This document shows, one piece after another, positions 45,746 to 57,061 of a stretch of DNA of 64,000 nucleotides; the first letter of the stretch is position 1, and the number at the start of each line of letters is the position of its first letter. The notes beneath the pieces were generated by a model, which worked only from the letters and a program-made list of their open reading frames with translations, was not told the origin of the DNA and did no database searches. Origin of the DNA: the human T2T-CHM13v2.0 reference genome, Homo sapiens. The DNA is taken from assembly GCF_009914755.1 (NCBI RefSeq), contig NC_060928.1; one strand, written 5' to 3'. A program made the translations under genes and the position numbers.

Positions 45746-46069
45746 ATGGAAAGCAGTGAAAAGTGTTAAAGACAGTGATTTGGAGCAGAAGGACTTGTTA
45801 TGTTTACAGTACTACAGGAAAGGAAACCGGGAGTTGGGCTCTATATGTATTATTCATGTAACAGGAGGACCCTGGGAACAAGTATGCCCTGGGGCTAATC
45901 ACCACCCCAGCATCTCTTGGCTGAGATTGAAAGTTATTTCCTTGGTTACAAAACCCACTATCAGCAGCAGAGAGTGGGTAGAAATGCTGTCCTAGGAGTT
46001 TCTTCATGAGTATGTGGTATGCATGTGTGTGCTAAGCATTTGAAATAAATCTCATGACTGCATGCTTAG

Positions 46070-46260
46070 AGTGTACCAGTTACTTCTCACAAGAGTTCTT
46101 GTAAGGAGGTACTGCTAGCTCCACTTTATAGGTGAGGAGATTGAGACTTCTCAAGGTGAAATCACTACTTAAGGTCACCATAGCTAAATGTACTAAATGT
46201 AGGCCATGATTCTAATATCCAGTTTCTGAAACCAAAAACTCTGCCCTCTTCCTGGTCTCC
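46070..46260 (-). mobile_element. MIR
   Basis: ccactttataggtgaggagattgagact...aaggtcac. Confidence 0.65.
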
Positions 46261-46449
46261 CAGCTGTTCTCTCTTTTACAAGCTGCTTTGTTAGTAGGAA
46301 TGCAGTTATGTACCCTAGAAACTAAACAGCATGGGGTGATGTATATAACACAGCCTTGTCCTGATGTGATTATGGGATCCAGGGAAAGAAGATGCTATCA
46401 GATTCAGCATCTATTGGAATATGTTGAGCACTACTGTATGGAAAGAGGG

Positions 46450-46899
46450 AATATTAGTATCCTATTGCTGCCATAACAAACTGCCATCTCCAGTGGCTTA
46501 AAACAACATACATTTATTTTCTTGCAGTTCTGGAGGTCAGATGTCTACAGTGTGTTTCACTAGGCTAATATCAAGGTGTCAGAAGGGATAGTTCTTTCTG
46601 GAGGCTCTAGGGGAGAACCTATTCATTGGTTTTTCCAGTTTCTAGAGGTGCCCACATTCCCTGGCTCATGACCTCCTGTCTTCAAAGCCAGCAATGGCTA
46701 TTTGAGTTCTTCTCACACCCCATCACGCTGACTCAGACCCTTACAATTCCATGGGGTCCACTCAAATAATCCAGGATAATCTCCCCATCTGAAGGTCAGT
46801 GATTGGCAGCCTCAATTCCATCTGCAACCTAAGTCCCCTTTCTCAGGTTCTAGGAACTAGAATGTGGGCATCTTTGGGGACCTTATTCTGCCCACCATA
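46450..46899 (-). mobile_element. MLT1C/D LTR
   Basis: ctattgctgccataacaaa...gcagttctggaggtcaga...ctggaggctctaggggagaa...ttattctgcccacca. Confidence 0.85.
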
Positions 46900-46966
46900 G
46901 AGAGATTCTGCTAAACTGACAAACATAGATGAATTGAAGCGTCTACCAGCAAGATTTCTGCAGTCC

Positions 46967-47014
46967 TCTGTGTGTGTGTGTGTGTGTGCGCGCGCGCGCG
47001 CACGTGCGTATGTG
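46967..47014. repeat. (TG)n(CG)n alternating purine-pyrimidine tract
   Basis: tgtgtg...tgcgcgcgcgcgcgcacgtgcgtatgtg. Confidence 0.95.
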
Positions 47015-47657
47015 ATGTGTTCACAACTAAGTGGAGTAAAAGGCTGCCTGTGAAAAGTGGTGTGGCAGGGTTATGCCCAGGAGTTAGGGGAAGGTCATGG
47101 AAGAAGATTGCTTCAAATTTTCAGTGGTGGAAAGGTAGACAGAAGCTTTGTGATGGAGGTGGTCTACGAACTGGGCCTCGAAGGACAGATAGGATTTGAA
47201 AGAATAAATTTGGTTGGGAGAACATTCTAGGCAGGGGAAATATCCCAGAAGTACAGTTCCTACCAACAGAATGAGTGCTGTACTGTAGGTATATGTGGTG
47301 ATACCCAGCTCGGCTGCCTTCTAGGGACAGCAGGCACAGGAATGAGAGTTGCGCCCATTCTGCTCATGAGCTCCCGGGTTTCCAAGCGGGACCTGTCTGA
47401 GCCAGGGTGGGCAGCCAACACCCAGCTGTTGTCCTGCAGGAACCTGAGCCAGGAGTGACCAGATGCTTGGTTTTCTGAAGAAGCCAGAAATCTGCATCTT
47501 TATTTGAGATGTTCGGATTTTAAAAGTTTATGTTTAATTCAGTTCTTTAAAAAAAAAAAAAACACTGAATAGGTCAAATAGAAATCAGAGGGTCTCCATT
47601 TGTAACCTCTGAAATGAGGCACAGAGAGGTGGAATGACTTGCCAAGGCCACACAGCA

Positions 47658-47857
47658 GAGAAGTGATAGAGCCAGCACAGTGAGCAATCCCTCTCGATGC
47701 TCCTGATGCTGCTGCAGATTCCACGGCCACCGTGATCCTCCTCTCAGAGATGGACGGGCTCTCGTCTCTGGGCCACAGGAGGTGTTCAGATCAAGAGAGG
47801 GTGGCCACTGGCTAGAGAGGCTGCACTGTAGGAGCACTGCTGTGGAAGGACAAGGTT
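47658..47857 (+). repeat. Local direct repeat, copy 1 (MIR end plus CR1/L3-like fragment)
   Basis: Aligns to 49785-49978. Confidence 0.9.
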
Positions 47858-47858
47858 A

Positions 47859-48490
47859 CCCCTCCCTCCCTTCTCCCTCCCTCCCTCCCTTCCTTCCTTC
47901 CTCCCCCCCGCTGCCTTTCTTGCCTTCTTCTTCCTTCCTTCCTTCTTTCCTTCCTCCCTCCCTCCTTGCCTTCCTTCCCTCCTTCCTCCTTTCTTCCTTC
48001 CTTCCCTTCCTTCATTCCTTCTTTCTTTCCTTCCTTGCCTGCTCTTTTTCTTTTTCTTCTCTCCTTCTCTCTTTCCTTCCTTCCTTTCCTCCTTTCCTCC
48101 TTCCTTCCTTCCTCCTCCCTTGCCTGCCTCCCTCCCTTCTTCCTTTCTTCCTTCCTTCCCTGCTTTTTCTTTCTTTCTCTTTCTTTCTTTCTCTCTTTCT
48201 CTTTCATTCTTTCTTTCTTTCCTTTCTTACTTTCTTTCTTTCCTTCCTTCCTTTCTTCCTTCCCTCCTTCCCTTCTTCCTTCTCTTCCTCCCTCCTCCCT
48301 CCCTCCTCCCTCCCTCCTTCCCTTCTTCCTTCCTTTATTCCTTCCCTGCTCTTTCTTTCCTTCCTTCCCCTTCCTTCCTTCCTTCCCTCCTTTCCTTCCT
48401 TCCTTTCTTTTCTTCCATTCTTTCTTTCCTCTCCTTTCTTCCTTCCTTCCTTCTTCCTTTCTTTTCCTTTTTCCTTTCCTTTCATTTCTT
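47859..48490. repeat. Long polypyrimidine (CCTT/CTTT/CCCT) tract
   Basis: ~630 bp almost entirely C/T; sits at the tail position of the following antisense AluJ. Confidence 0.97.
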
Positions 48491-48765
48491 GGATCTCACT
48501 CTGTCCCCCAGGCTGGAGTGCAGTGGCACAATCATAGCTCACTGCAGCCTCGAACTCATGGGCTCAAGTAATCCACCTGCCTCAGTCTCCTGAATAGCTG
48601 GGACTCTCAGCTAATTAAAAACATTTGTTTGTAGAGATCTGGGGGTCTCACTGTGTTGCCCAAGCTGCTCTCAACTGTGTTGCCCAAGCTGCTCTCAAAC
48701 TCCTGCCCTCAAGCAATGCTCCTGCCTCAGCCTCCCAAGTTGCTGGAATTAATGGCATGAGCCTG
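48491..48765 (-). mobile_element. AluJ with an internal 24-bp tandem duplication
   Basis: cactgcagcctcgaactcatgggctcaag; ctgtgttgcccaagctgctctcaa twice; TSD approx. aggacaaggtt/aggacaagatt. Confidence 0.9.
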
Positions 48766-49499
48766 ATTCCAGAGGACAAGATTTTTTTCAGCCCTCAGAG
48801 ATGCTGTCATTGCAGGAATATTTGGGGCACACACGGTGGCTTCCCGGGAGGGTCTGCACTGTTCCGCAGCATGCCTTCGGGGACATTGATTTAGGGATGG
48901 ATGTACTCTAGTTGTTTCTCTGAAAGAGAGAGGGGAGGGAGAAAAGAAAGGAGAAAGTGGGAAGAGGCAGGAGAAGAAGAAAAATAAAAGAAAATTACTT
49001 CTTTTGTCAATGCCTGAAGAAAAGGCATTTGGCTCACAAGAAGGGGATGGGTAATTAAGACCATCATTGATATGAAAGTTCATTGGAAATGCTGTTATTT
49101 TTTCAAGAAGGGAATGATAGAAATTATTCCTTTATCATTTTTTCTGATACAATAGAAATTTTATCCCATCTTGTACCCCAATTACAGGCTATAATGACTT
49201 AGGCTTCTGAAAGAGTTTTCTTTCTTTGCTATTTTTTTTAACTCAAAGCATTTCTTTAATTTGCATTTCCACCCTCTGGGACTGACTAACAAGCTGTGTG
49301 ATGACAAAACCGCAACCAAAATTCCTGTCCAATGTGAATTGTAGATTAACACTCAGAAGCGTGCCTTTCAAGCAAACGCATCCTGTCAGTAAAATTCAGT
49401 TTTGTAAATATGCCTTGCTCAATGTCATGTGGTAGTTAAAATCCAGGCCTTCAAGTAAGACAGGCCTGAGTTAATTCTTTCCACAGATATTTATTTATA

Positions 49500-49620
49500 A
49501 AGTCATCTTCCATCCTGGTTTGCCTAGGACCATCCTGTTTGTCCATTGTCCCCTCAGGTTCGTGTCCTCTTCTGTTCTCACTTGTGTCCTGGCTCAAACA
49601 ATAAAGTGTGTGGTCATGCT
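49500..49620. mobile_element. MER94-like hAT MITE
   Basis: catcctggtttgcctaggac...tgtgtggtcatgct. Confidence 0.5.
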
Positions 49621-49784
49621 GTTGATGGTGGCATTGCTCTCAGCCCAGAGATAAGGAGTGAACCAGTCGGATGATCCCTGTCCTTTCCTGGTAGAACCCC
49701 CTCATAGCCCTCTGACCTCGGGCAAGTTACTTCACATCACCGTGCCTCAGTTTCCTCATTTGTAAAATGCAGGTAGTTGTATCT

Positions 49785-49978
49785 GAGAAGTGGCAGAGCA
49801 AGTACAGTAAACAATCCTGGGCTCTTGATGATCCTGCAGATTACATGGCCACCATGAGCTCCTCTGAGAGGTGAACAAGCTCCTGCGTCTGCACCACCGG
49901 AGGTGTTCAAACCAAGAGAGGGTGGCCATTGGCTAGAGAGGCAGCCCTGTAGGAGCACTGCTGTGAGAGGACAAAGTT
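49785..49978 (+). repeat. Local direct repeat, copy 2
   Basis: Aligns to 47658-47857. Confidence 0.9.
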
Positions 49979-50125
49979 CTTTCTTTCCTTCTTCTCCTTC
50001 CTTGCTTCCTTCCTTCCTTCCTTCCTTCCTTCCTTCCTTCCTTCCTTCCTTCCTTCCTTCCTTCCTTCCCTCCCTCCCTCCCTCCCTCCTTCCTTCTTTC
50101 TTTCTTTACTTTCTTTCTTTCTTTT
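49979..50125. repeat. (CCTT)n microsatellite
   Basis: Read directly; a second C/T tract lies at 50419-50562. Confidence 0.95.
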
Positions 50126-50418
50126 TGATGAGTCTTGCCCTCTTTCCCAGGCTGGAGTATGCAGTGGTGTGATCATGGCTCACTGCAACCTCCGCCTCCC
50201 GAGTTCAAGCCATTCTCCTGCCTCAGCCTCCCAAGTAGCTGAGATTATAGGCACACACCACCATACCTGGCTAATTTTTTTTTTTGTTTTTAATTTTTAG
50301 TAGAGATACGGTTTTACCATTTTGGCCAGGCTGGTCTCGAACTCCTGACCTGAAATGATCTGCCCACCTCAGCCTCCCAAAGTGCTGGGATTACAGGCGT
50401 GAGTCACCGCACTCGACC
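50126..50418 (-). mobile_element. AluS
   Basis: Full antisense dimer between two C/T tracts. Confidence 0.93.
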
Positions 50419-51662
50419 TCTCTCCTCCCCCTCCCTCCCTCCCTCCCTCCCTCCCTTCTTTCCTTCCTTCCTTCCTTCCTCCCTCCCCTCCCCTCCCTTC
50501 TCCTCCCCTCCCCCCTCCCCCTCCTCTCCTTTTTGCCCCTTTCCTTTCCTTTTCTTTCTTCCCACCAGCATCCATGTACTGGCTACTTTGACCAGCTCAT
50601 AGGAGTAGAAATATTCAAATGTACCACTCCAAATGTCTCTACGTTTATGGGGAAATTGTGAGACCTCAGGTGTGATCAAGTAAAATTGCCCTTAGAATCC
50701 TTCATGGATTTGGGGATCCATGAATAAAATTACTATTTTGTAAAAGATTTTAAAGAATGAAATGTGTCAAAGACAAGCATAGAAATAATATAACACACAC
50801 CAGTGTACCCTGCCCTCAGCTTACGAAGTGAAACATAGACACAGTTAAAGCCCCATGTTTGCCACATCCGAATCCTTCTCCCTTCCCAGAGCTTACCTTG
50901 AGCATTTCCATGCAGGTTTTTATTCTTCTGCCTAATGTTATATAACCCAGAAGGATATGTCTTATTTTTAAACTCTACCAAACTGAAATTAGATCATTTT
51001 GAATCTTGTTTTTCTCACTCCCCATTATTTTTTATGTTTACTCATATGATGCAGTTCATTTAATTTAACTGCTCTACAGTATCACCTGTGATTATGGCAT
51101 ACTTTATTGACTCATTCCCTTATTGATGATGGATGGGAACATTGTTGTTTGGGTTTCCTTGTGCACATCCATGGGAGTTTCTGTAGGGTAGGTACTCTAA
51201 ATACACGCTGAGAAACGGTAGAATTCCTGGGCCACGGAGTTTGCCCATCTTGGGATTTAGAAGATATTAACAAATTACTCCATAGTGGGGTAATTTGCAT
51301 GTCACCTACAATTTTAGTAGCTGTCATTTACACAGATGTAGTCCACATGTGAATGATTTAGGACTTCCATTATTTTTGCCAGTACGATGAGTATGAAATG
51401 GTATCTCATTACATATTTTTAAAATTGCATTTCCTAATACTAGTGAAATTGAGCCTCCTGTGAAATAGTTAGAGTTCACTCGGATACCTTAAATGGCAAA
51501 GGATATTGATCATATTCTTGCCTATTTTTTTCTAATAGGTTGAATTGTTGAGTAGCATCTATAATAAAAGACATCCTTGTCTTATTCCTGACTTTGGTGG
51601 AAATGCCTCGAAAGTTTTAACAGTAAGAATGATGTTGCTTGTAGGTTTTTGATATTAACTAT

Positions 51663-52023
51663 TGATATGGTTTGCCTGTGTCCCCACCCAAATTTCATCT
51701 TGAATTATAGCTCCCATAATCCCCACATGTCATGGGAGGGGCCAGAAGGAGATAATTGAATCGTGGGGGTGGTTTCCCCCATACTGTTCTCATGATAGTG
51801 AGTAAGTCTCACGAGATCTGATGGTTTTATGAAGGAGAGTTTTCCCTGAGCAAACTCTCTTGTCTGCTGCCATGTAAGACATCCCTTTGCTCTTCCATCA
51901 TCTTCCACCATGATTGTGAAGCCTCCCCAGACATGTGGAACTGTGAGTCCATTAAACCTCTTTCCTTTGTAAATTACCCGGTCTCAGGTGTCTTTATTAG
52001 CAGCATAAGAACAGACTAATACA
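51663..52023 (+). mobile_element. THE1 solo LTR
   Basis: tgatatggtttgcctgtgtccccacccaaa...cagactaataca; TSD actat/attat. Confidence 0.95.
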
Positions 52024-52763
52024 ATTATTATCAGATTAAGGAATTTAACTCTATTTCTAGTTTGTTAAGTGTTTCATAAAACATTGTGAATGGATAGTAA
52101 TTCCAACTTTTAAATGAAATATTACCTACAGCAAAGTGCATAAGGCATAAGTATAAAGCTTGATACATTTTCAGAAAGTGAACATATACATGTAATCAGC
52201 AGCCAATCAAAGTACAGAACATTAACAGTATAACTCAGAAGCCCCTTTCATGACTCTGTGTCTTCTTCTCTGAGGTCATTCTTATCACAAATTGTAACAC
52301 GACTGCTTAGTTTTGCCTGTTTTTGAGCTTTATATAAATAGAATTATGAATGAATATTATTTTGTTCCTGGCTTTGTTTTTTCAACGTGTTTGTAATGTT
52401 CATGCATGTTGCATGTAGCTTTAGTTTGTTTATTTCCATTGGAGTTATGTTCCATTGTAGGACTATACTACATTATATTTTTCTATTCTGCTCTCAATAT
52501 GTATTTGATAATAGAATAGCACTCATTGTTTGAGTATATGCCTAAGAGTGAAATTTCTAGGTCATAGAGTATGCCTGTGCTCAATTATCTAAAGCAGTTG
52601 CAGGAATTTACATTTTCACTTGCGACGTAAGAGGGATCCCTTTGCTCCATATCCTTATTGACAATTGTTGTTGTCTGACATTTTAAATTTTAGCTACTGG
52701 TAGGTGTGTAATGACATCTCATTGCAGTTTTGATTTACATTTTCTATCATTAATGATGTTGAA

Positions 52764-52918
52764 GGCTGGGTGCAGTGGCTCATGCCTGTAATCCCAGCAC
52801 TTTGGGAGGCTGAGGTGGGAGGATTGCATGAGGCCAGAAGTTCAATACTAGCCTGGATACCAGAGCAAGACTCCATCTCTACAAAAATAAAAACTGAAAA
52901 ACTAAAAAATAATTTTAA
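52764..52918 (+). mobile_element. FLAM / Alu monomer
   Basis: Single arm with A-rich tail; TSD aatgatgttgaa/aataatgttgaa. Confidence 0.88.
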
Positions 52919-53095
52919 AATAATGTTGAATAACTTTTTATATGATTATTTGCATTTAGATATCCTCTTTAGCGAAATACCTATTTAGTCTCTTTTCTAA
53001 TTTTTCTATTGAGTTTATCTTTCTTGTTGATGAACAGGAGTCCTCTCTATACTCTGGCTATAACTTCTATCACTGAGATTCTGGCTCTGTGATAG

Positions 53096-53437
<342 letters not shown>

Positions 53438-53596
53438 TGAACAGATGTTCTTTAAGTCAATCTAATGAATTAATTTTTCCTTAATGATTGCTTTGCTTAC
53501 TTTAACATTGTGAAGATATCACAAATAACAGAAGTATAGCCCTTTTGTATTCATTGCCCATAATGTTGAGTAGCATCAATCATAGAGGATATCCTT

Positions 53597-53884
53597 GGCC
53601 AGGTGTGGTGGCTCATTCCTTTAATCCCAGCACTTTGGGAGGCCGAGGCGGGGGGATCACTTGACATCAAGAGTTCGAGACCAGGCTAGCCAACACGATG
53701 AAACCCCACCTCTGCTAAAAAAGAAAAAATTGCTGGGCATGGTGGTGTGTGCCTGTGATCCCAGCTACTTGGGAGGCTGATGCAGGAGAATCACTTGAAC
53801 CTGGAGGCAGAGGTTGCAGTGAGCCAAGATCACACCACTGCACTCCAGCCTGGATGACAGAGTGAGACTCCATCTCAAAAAAAA
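53597..53884 (+). mobile_element. AluS
   Basis: Full dimer; 19-bp TSD aatcatagaggatatcctt/aatcgtagaggacatcctt. Confidence 0.95.
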
Positions 53885-54568
53885 CTTTTTCTTTTTAATC
53901 GTAGAGGACATCCTTGTCTTGTTCTTTATGAAAATGCTTCTAAAGTTTTAACATTTGCAATGATGTTTAAGATTTTTTTTATTGTCAACTATTACCATGT
54001 TAAAGAACTTTACTATATTCTCAGTATTCCCCTAGAAAACTTTGGTTTTACTATTTATACTCAGATCTATAACCTACTTGGAATAGATTTTTGCAGAGGT
54101 GTGAAATAGAGGTCTTTATCACACTTAATAAAATAAATAATAGTTACTTCATGTCATTCAGTCCATATTCAGATTTCCTCCATTGCCTGAAATATGCCAT
54201 TTATAGATTGTTTATTGAAATCAAATCCAAAGATAGGTCCATCCATTCTGTTTCTTAGATCCTGCTCCTTAAGTTTCATTGTCTCTTTTAATCTATAATA
54301 GTTGTCTCTCTTTAAATATTGCTTTTCCATGCTATTTACTTGTGTAGATGGCCAATTGTCCTGAAAAATGTTTCATTTACTAGATTTTATTATTGCTTCC
54401 TTGTGGTGTCTTTTGATTTGTTCCCCTGGCCCTTAAATGTCCTGTTGAATCAAAATTATATGTAAAGTGTGGATTCGATTTAAATTGAATAATTTTCAGC
54501 ACGAATTCTTCACTTGTGCTATACATTGTATCCAGTGTTGAGTTGTATCACTTTTTGTGATCCTAAAG

Positions 54569-55052
54569 CAGGAGTCCCCAACCCCCAGGAACCCGGCTGC
54601 GTAGCAGGAGGTGAGAGGCAGGTGAAGCTTCATCTGTATTTACAGCTGCTCCCCATGACTCTCACATTACCACCTGAGCTCTGCCTCCTGTCACATTAGC
54701 TCCGGCATTAGATTTTCATAGGAGCGCAAACCTATATTGTGAACTGTGCATGCAAGAGACCTAGGTTGCAAGCTCCTTATGAGAGTCTAATGCCTGATGA
54801 TCTGTCACTGTCTCCCATCACCCCAAAATGAGACCATCTAGTTGCAGGAAAATAAGCTCAGGGCTCCCACTGATCATTATGGTGAGTTGTATAATTATTT
54901 CATTATATATTACAGTGTAATAATAATAGAAATAAAGTGCACAATGCATGTAATGTGCTTGAGTCATTCCGAAATCATCCTCCCCTTCCCCCGTCTGTGG
55001 AAATTGTCTTCCACAAAACTGGTCTCTGGTCCTAAAAGTGTGGGGACCACTG
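54569..55052 (+). mobile_element. MER1A (hAT-Charlie)
   Basis: TIRs caggagtccccaacc / gtggggaccactg; 8-bp TSD tcctaaag/tgctaagg; homologous to the MER1B at 3620 with an extra internal block. Confidence 0.92.
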
Positions 55053-56854
55053 TGCTAAGGGATTGATCAGGGAGTTAGGCAGGGACAATCTTATGAGGGT
55101 AAAATCCCTCATCAACTTTCCACCTGGTAATTTTACAAGCCATCAATGACCATTGCTAGAATTGATAATTAACAAGAATTACAAAATGGTAACATTTAAT
55201 ATATCATTCTTTCTATGTTTAGTAAGTGAAAGAACTCTACCTCATCGTCTGCTATTTGATTACCCTGAAATAAAATTCATTCCAGAATGGCAGAATAAAT
55301 GTTTAAGTATTTCCCTTTATTGACGAAATTTCAAAGAAGTTGGTGTCTTTACAGATTCCAGTGTTATCCAATGAGTTTTTTTCTCTTTTAAAATTGAGGC
55401 TCATGTGAACTCATTTTTTTTGTAAATTCTATGCATTTTAATAAATTGCCATCTTATTTTTTATATAAATGTTTATTAAAACGTAGCAAACACACAGATG
55501 ATTGCACAAATTATTGATCTACAGCTTGAGGTAGTCCTCACAGGGTGAACACACCTTTATAATCACCACTCACATCAATAAATGCAACATTACCAGGCCA
55601 CAAGAAGTCCCTCTCATACTCTTTTCCATGTAGCCACTCCAGGGTAACCATTGCCCTGATTTTACCACCATTATTTAGCAATTTTCTGGTTTGGAACGTT
55701 ATAAATGGCAACTTGTGCTGTGTCTTCTTTTGCATCTTATATGTTTCCGAGGATGTGACCTGTACTGATTCACATAGTTGTAAATTATTTTTGCTGCTAC
55801 ATTATATACCAGTGTTAGAATATATTGCAGTCTATCCATTTTGCTTCTGAGGCAATTTGGATTGTTTCCAGTTTGAGGCTAGAATAAATCTCATATATGT
55901 CCTGCACATGCTTTTTGATGTACCTACAGTTTTTTGGATATTCATTTTGGAGGGGAATTGCCAGGTCACGTGTAAATTCCCAGTCTTGGTTGGCGCTGTT
56001 AAATAGTTTTCTAAAGTGCCCTTCTCATGTTTGGGTGTTGAGGTTATGCTGATCTCATAAAACACGTTGGGAAATATTCCCCTTTTCTGTTTTCTGGAAG
56101 AGTTTACTTAATTTTGTCGTTTTTAATATTTCAATGGAAGAGTTCTCCATTGAGGCCATCAGAACTTAAAGATTTATTTGTGGCAATATAGTTAATTTTA
56201 GATTCAACTTCCAGGTAGAGGACTATTCATATTTTCTACAATTTTTTTTGTTAAGTGGTCCAGTGACTCGCAGAGTCGGTAGTTCAAGTTCATGTGGCAT
56301 TCCACCTGTCTTAGACTTCAGTATCACCTGAAAACCTGAAATCTGCCGATGCTGTGAGTCTGTTGACTCCACAAAGTAGGCTCTTTTTTTACCCTCTAAA
56401 ATCACAAGTAGAAATCATGAGCAAAAACAGGAGAGTGGCTAAAACAATAATTAGGGAAGAATAGTTACGTTACATCTGCAGCACTCATTAGTCTTGAATA
56501 ATGGAAACCTGAAATGGCAATTTCTATGCAAACACTCCCAAGGCTGGAGGTGCACAAGGCTGCACTCTGTTACTGACCTGCCAAAGCCCACTGCTAAGGA
56601 GGATTTTTCTCTCTGCTTCTTAATTGCCATGGTCTCCCCAGCTTCCTTGTCCAGTTAATGCAGACTAAAGCCACATTCTTATCCAGAGCCTTGTCCAGCA
56701 ACAAAACTATGTGCTTTATTATCCTGTGAGCCCTGACATCTCAGAATCTCAGGATACAAGACCCAGAAGCAACTTTCCAGGTGTCATGCGCAGCTGCCTC
56801 ATTTTTCTAATGAGAAAACTGACTTAAGAGAAGGGGAAGGCAAATGGCCAGGGC

Positions 56855-57050
56855 TAGTTATTCATTCATTCATTCATGTATTCATCCAATATTTATTGAA
56901 CAACTATTTTATGATAGTCACAAAGGACACACACATGGACGAATGCTCTTGCTGAAGACAGACAGTGGAGCTAACAAATGAATACATAAAAATTAGCAAA
57001 TATGATATGTACTAGGAAAGAAAAATACAGAATGCTGTGATAGAAAATGA
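56855..57050 (-). mobile_element. L2 3' end
   Basis: (TTCA)n followed by atatttattgaaca. Confidence 0.7.
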
Positions 57051-57061
57051 TAGGCATGTCC

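Noticed and set aside
47782-48593. Longest ORFs (251, 201, 157 aa; F/L/P/S-rich or K/E/G/R-rich)
   Set aside because: Translations of the C/T tract, which lacks stop codons, running into an Alu
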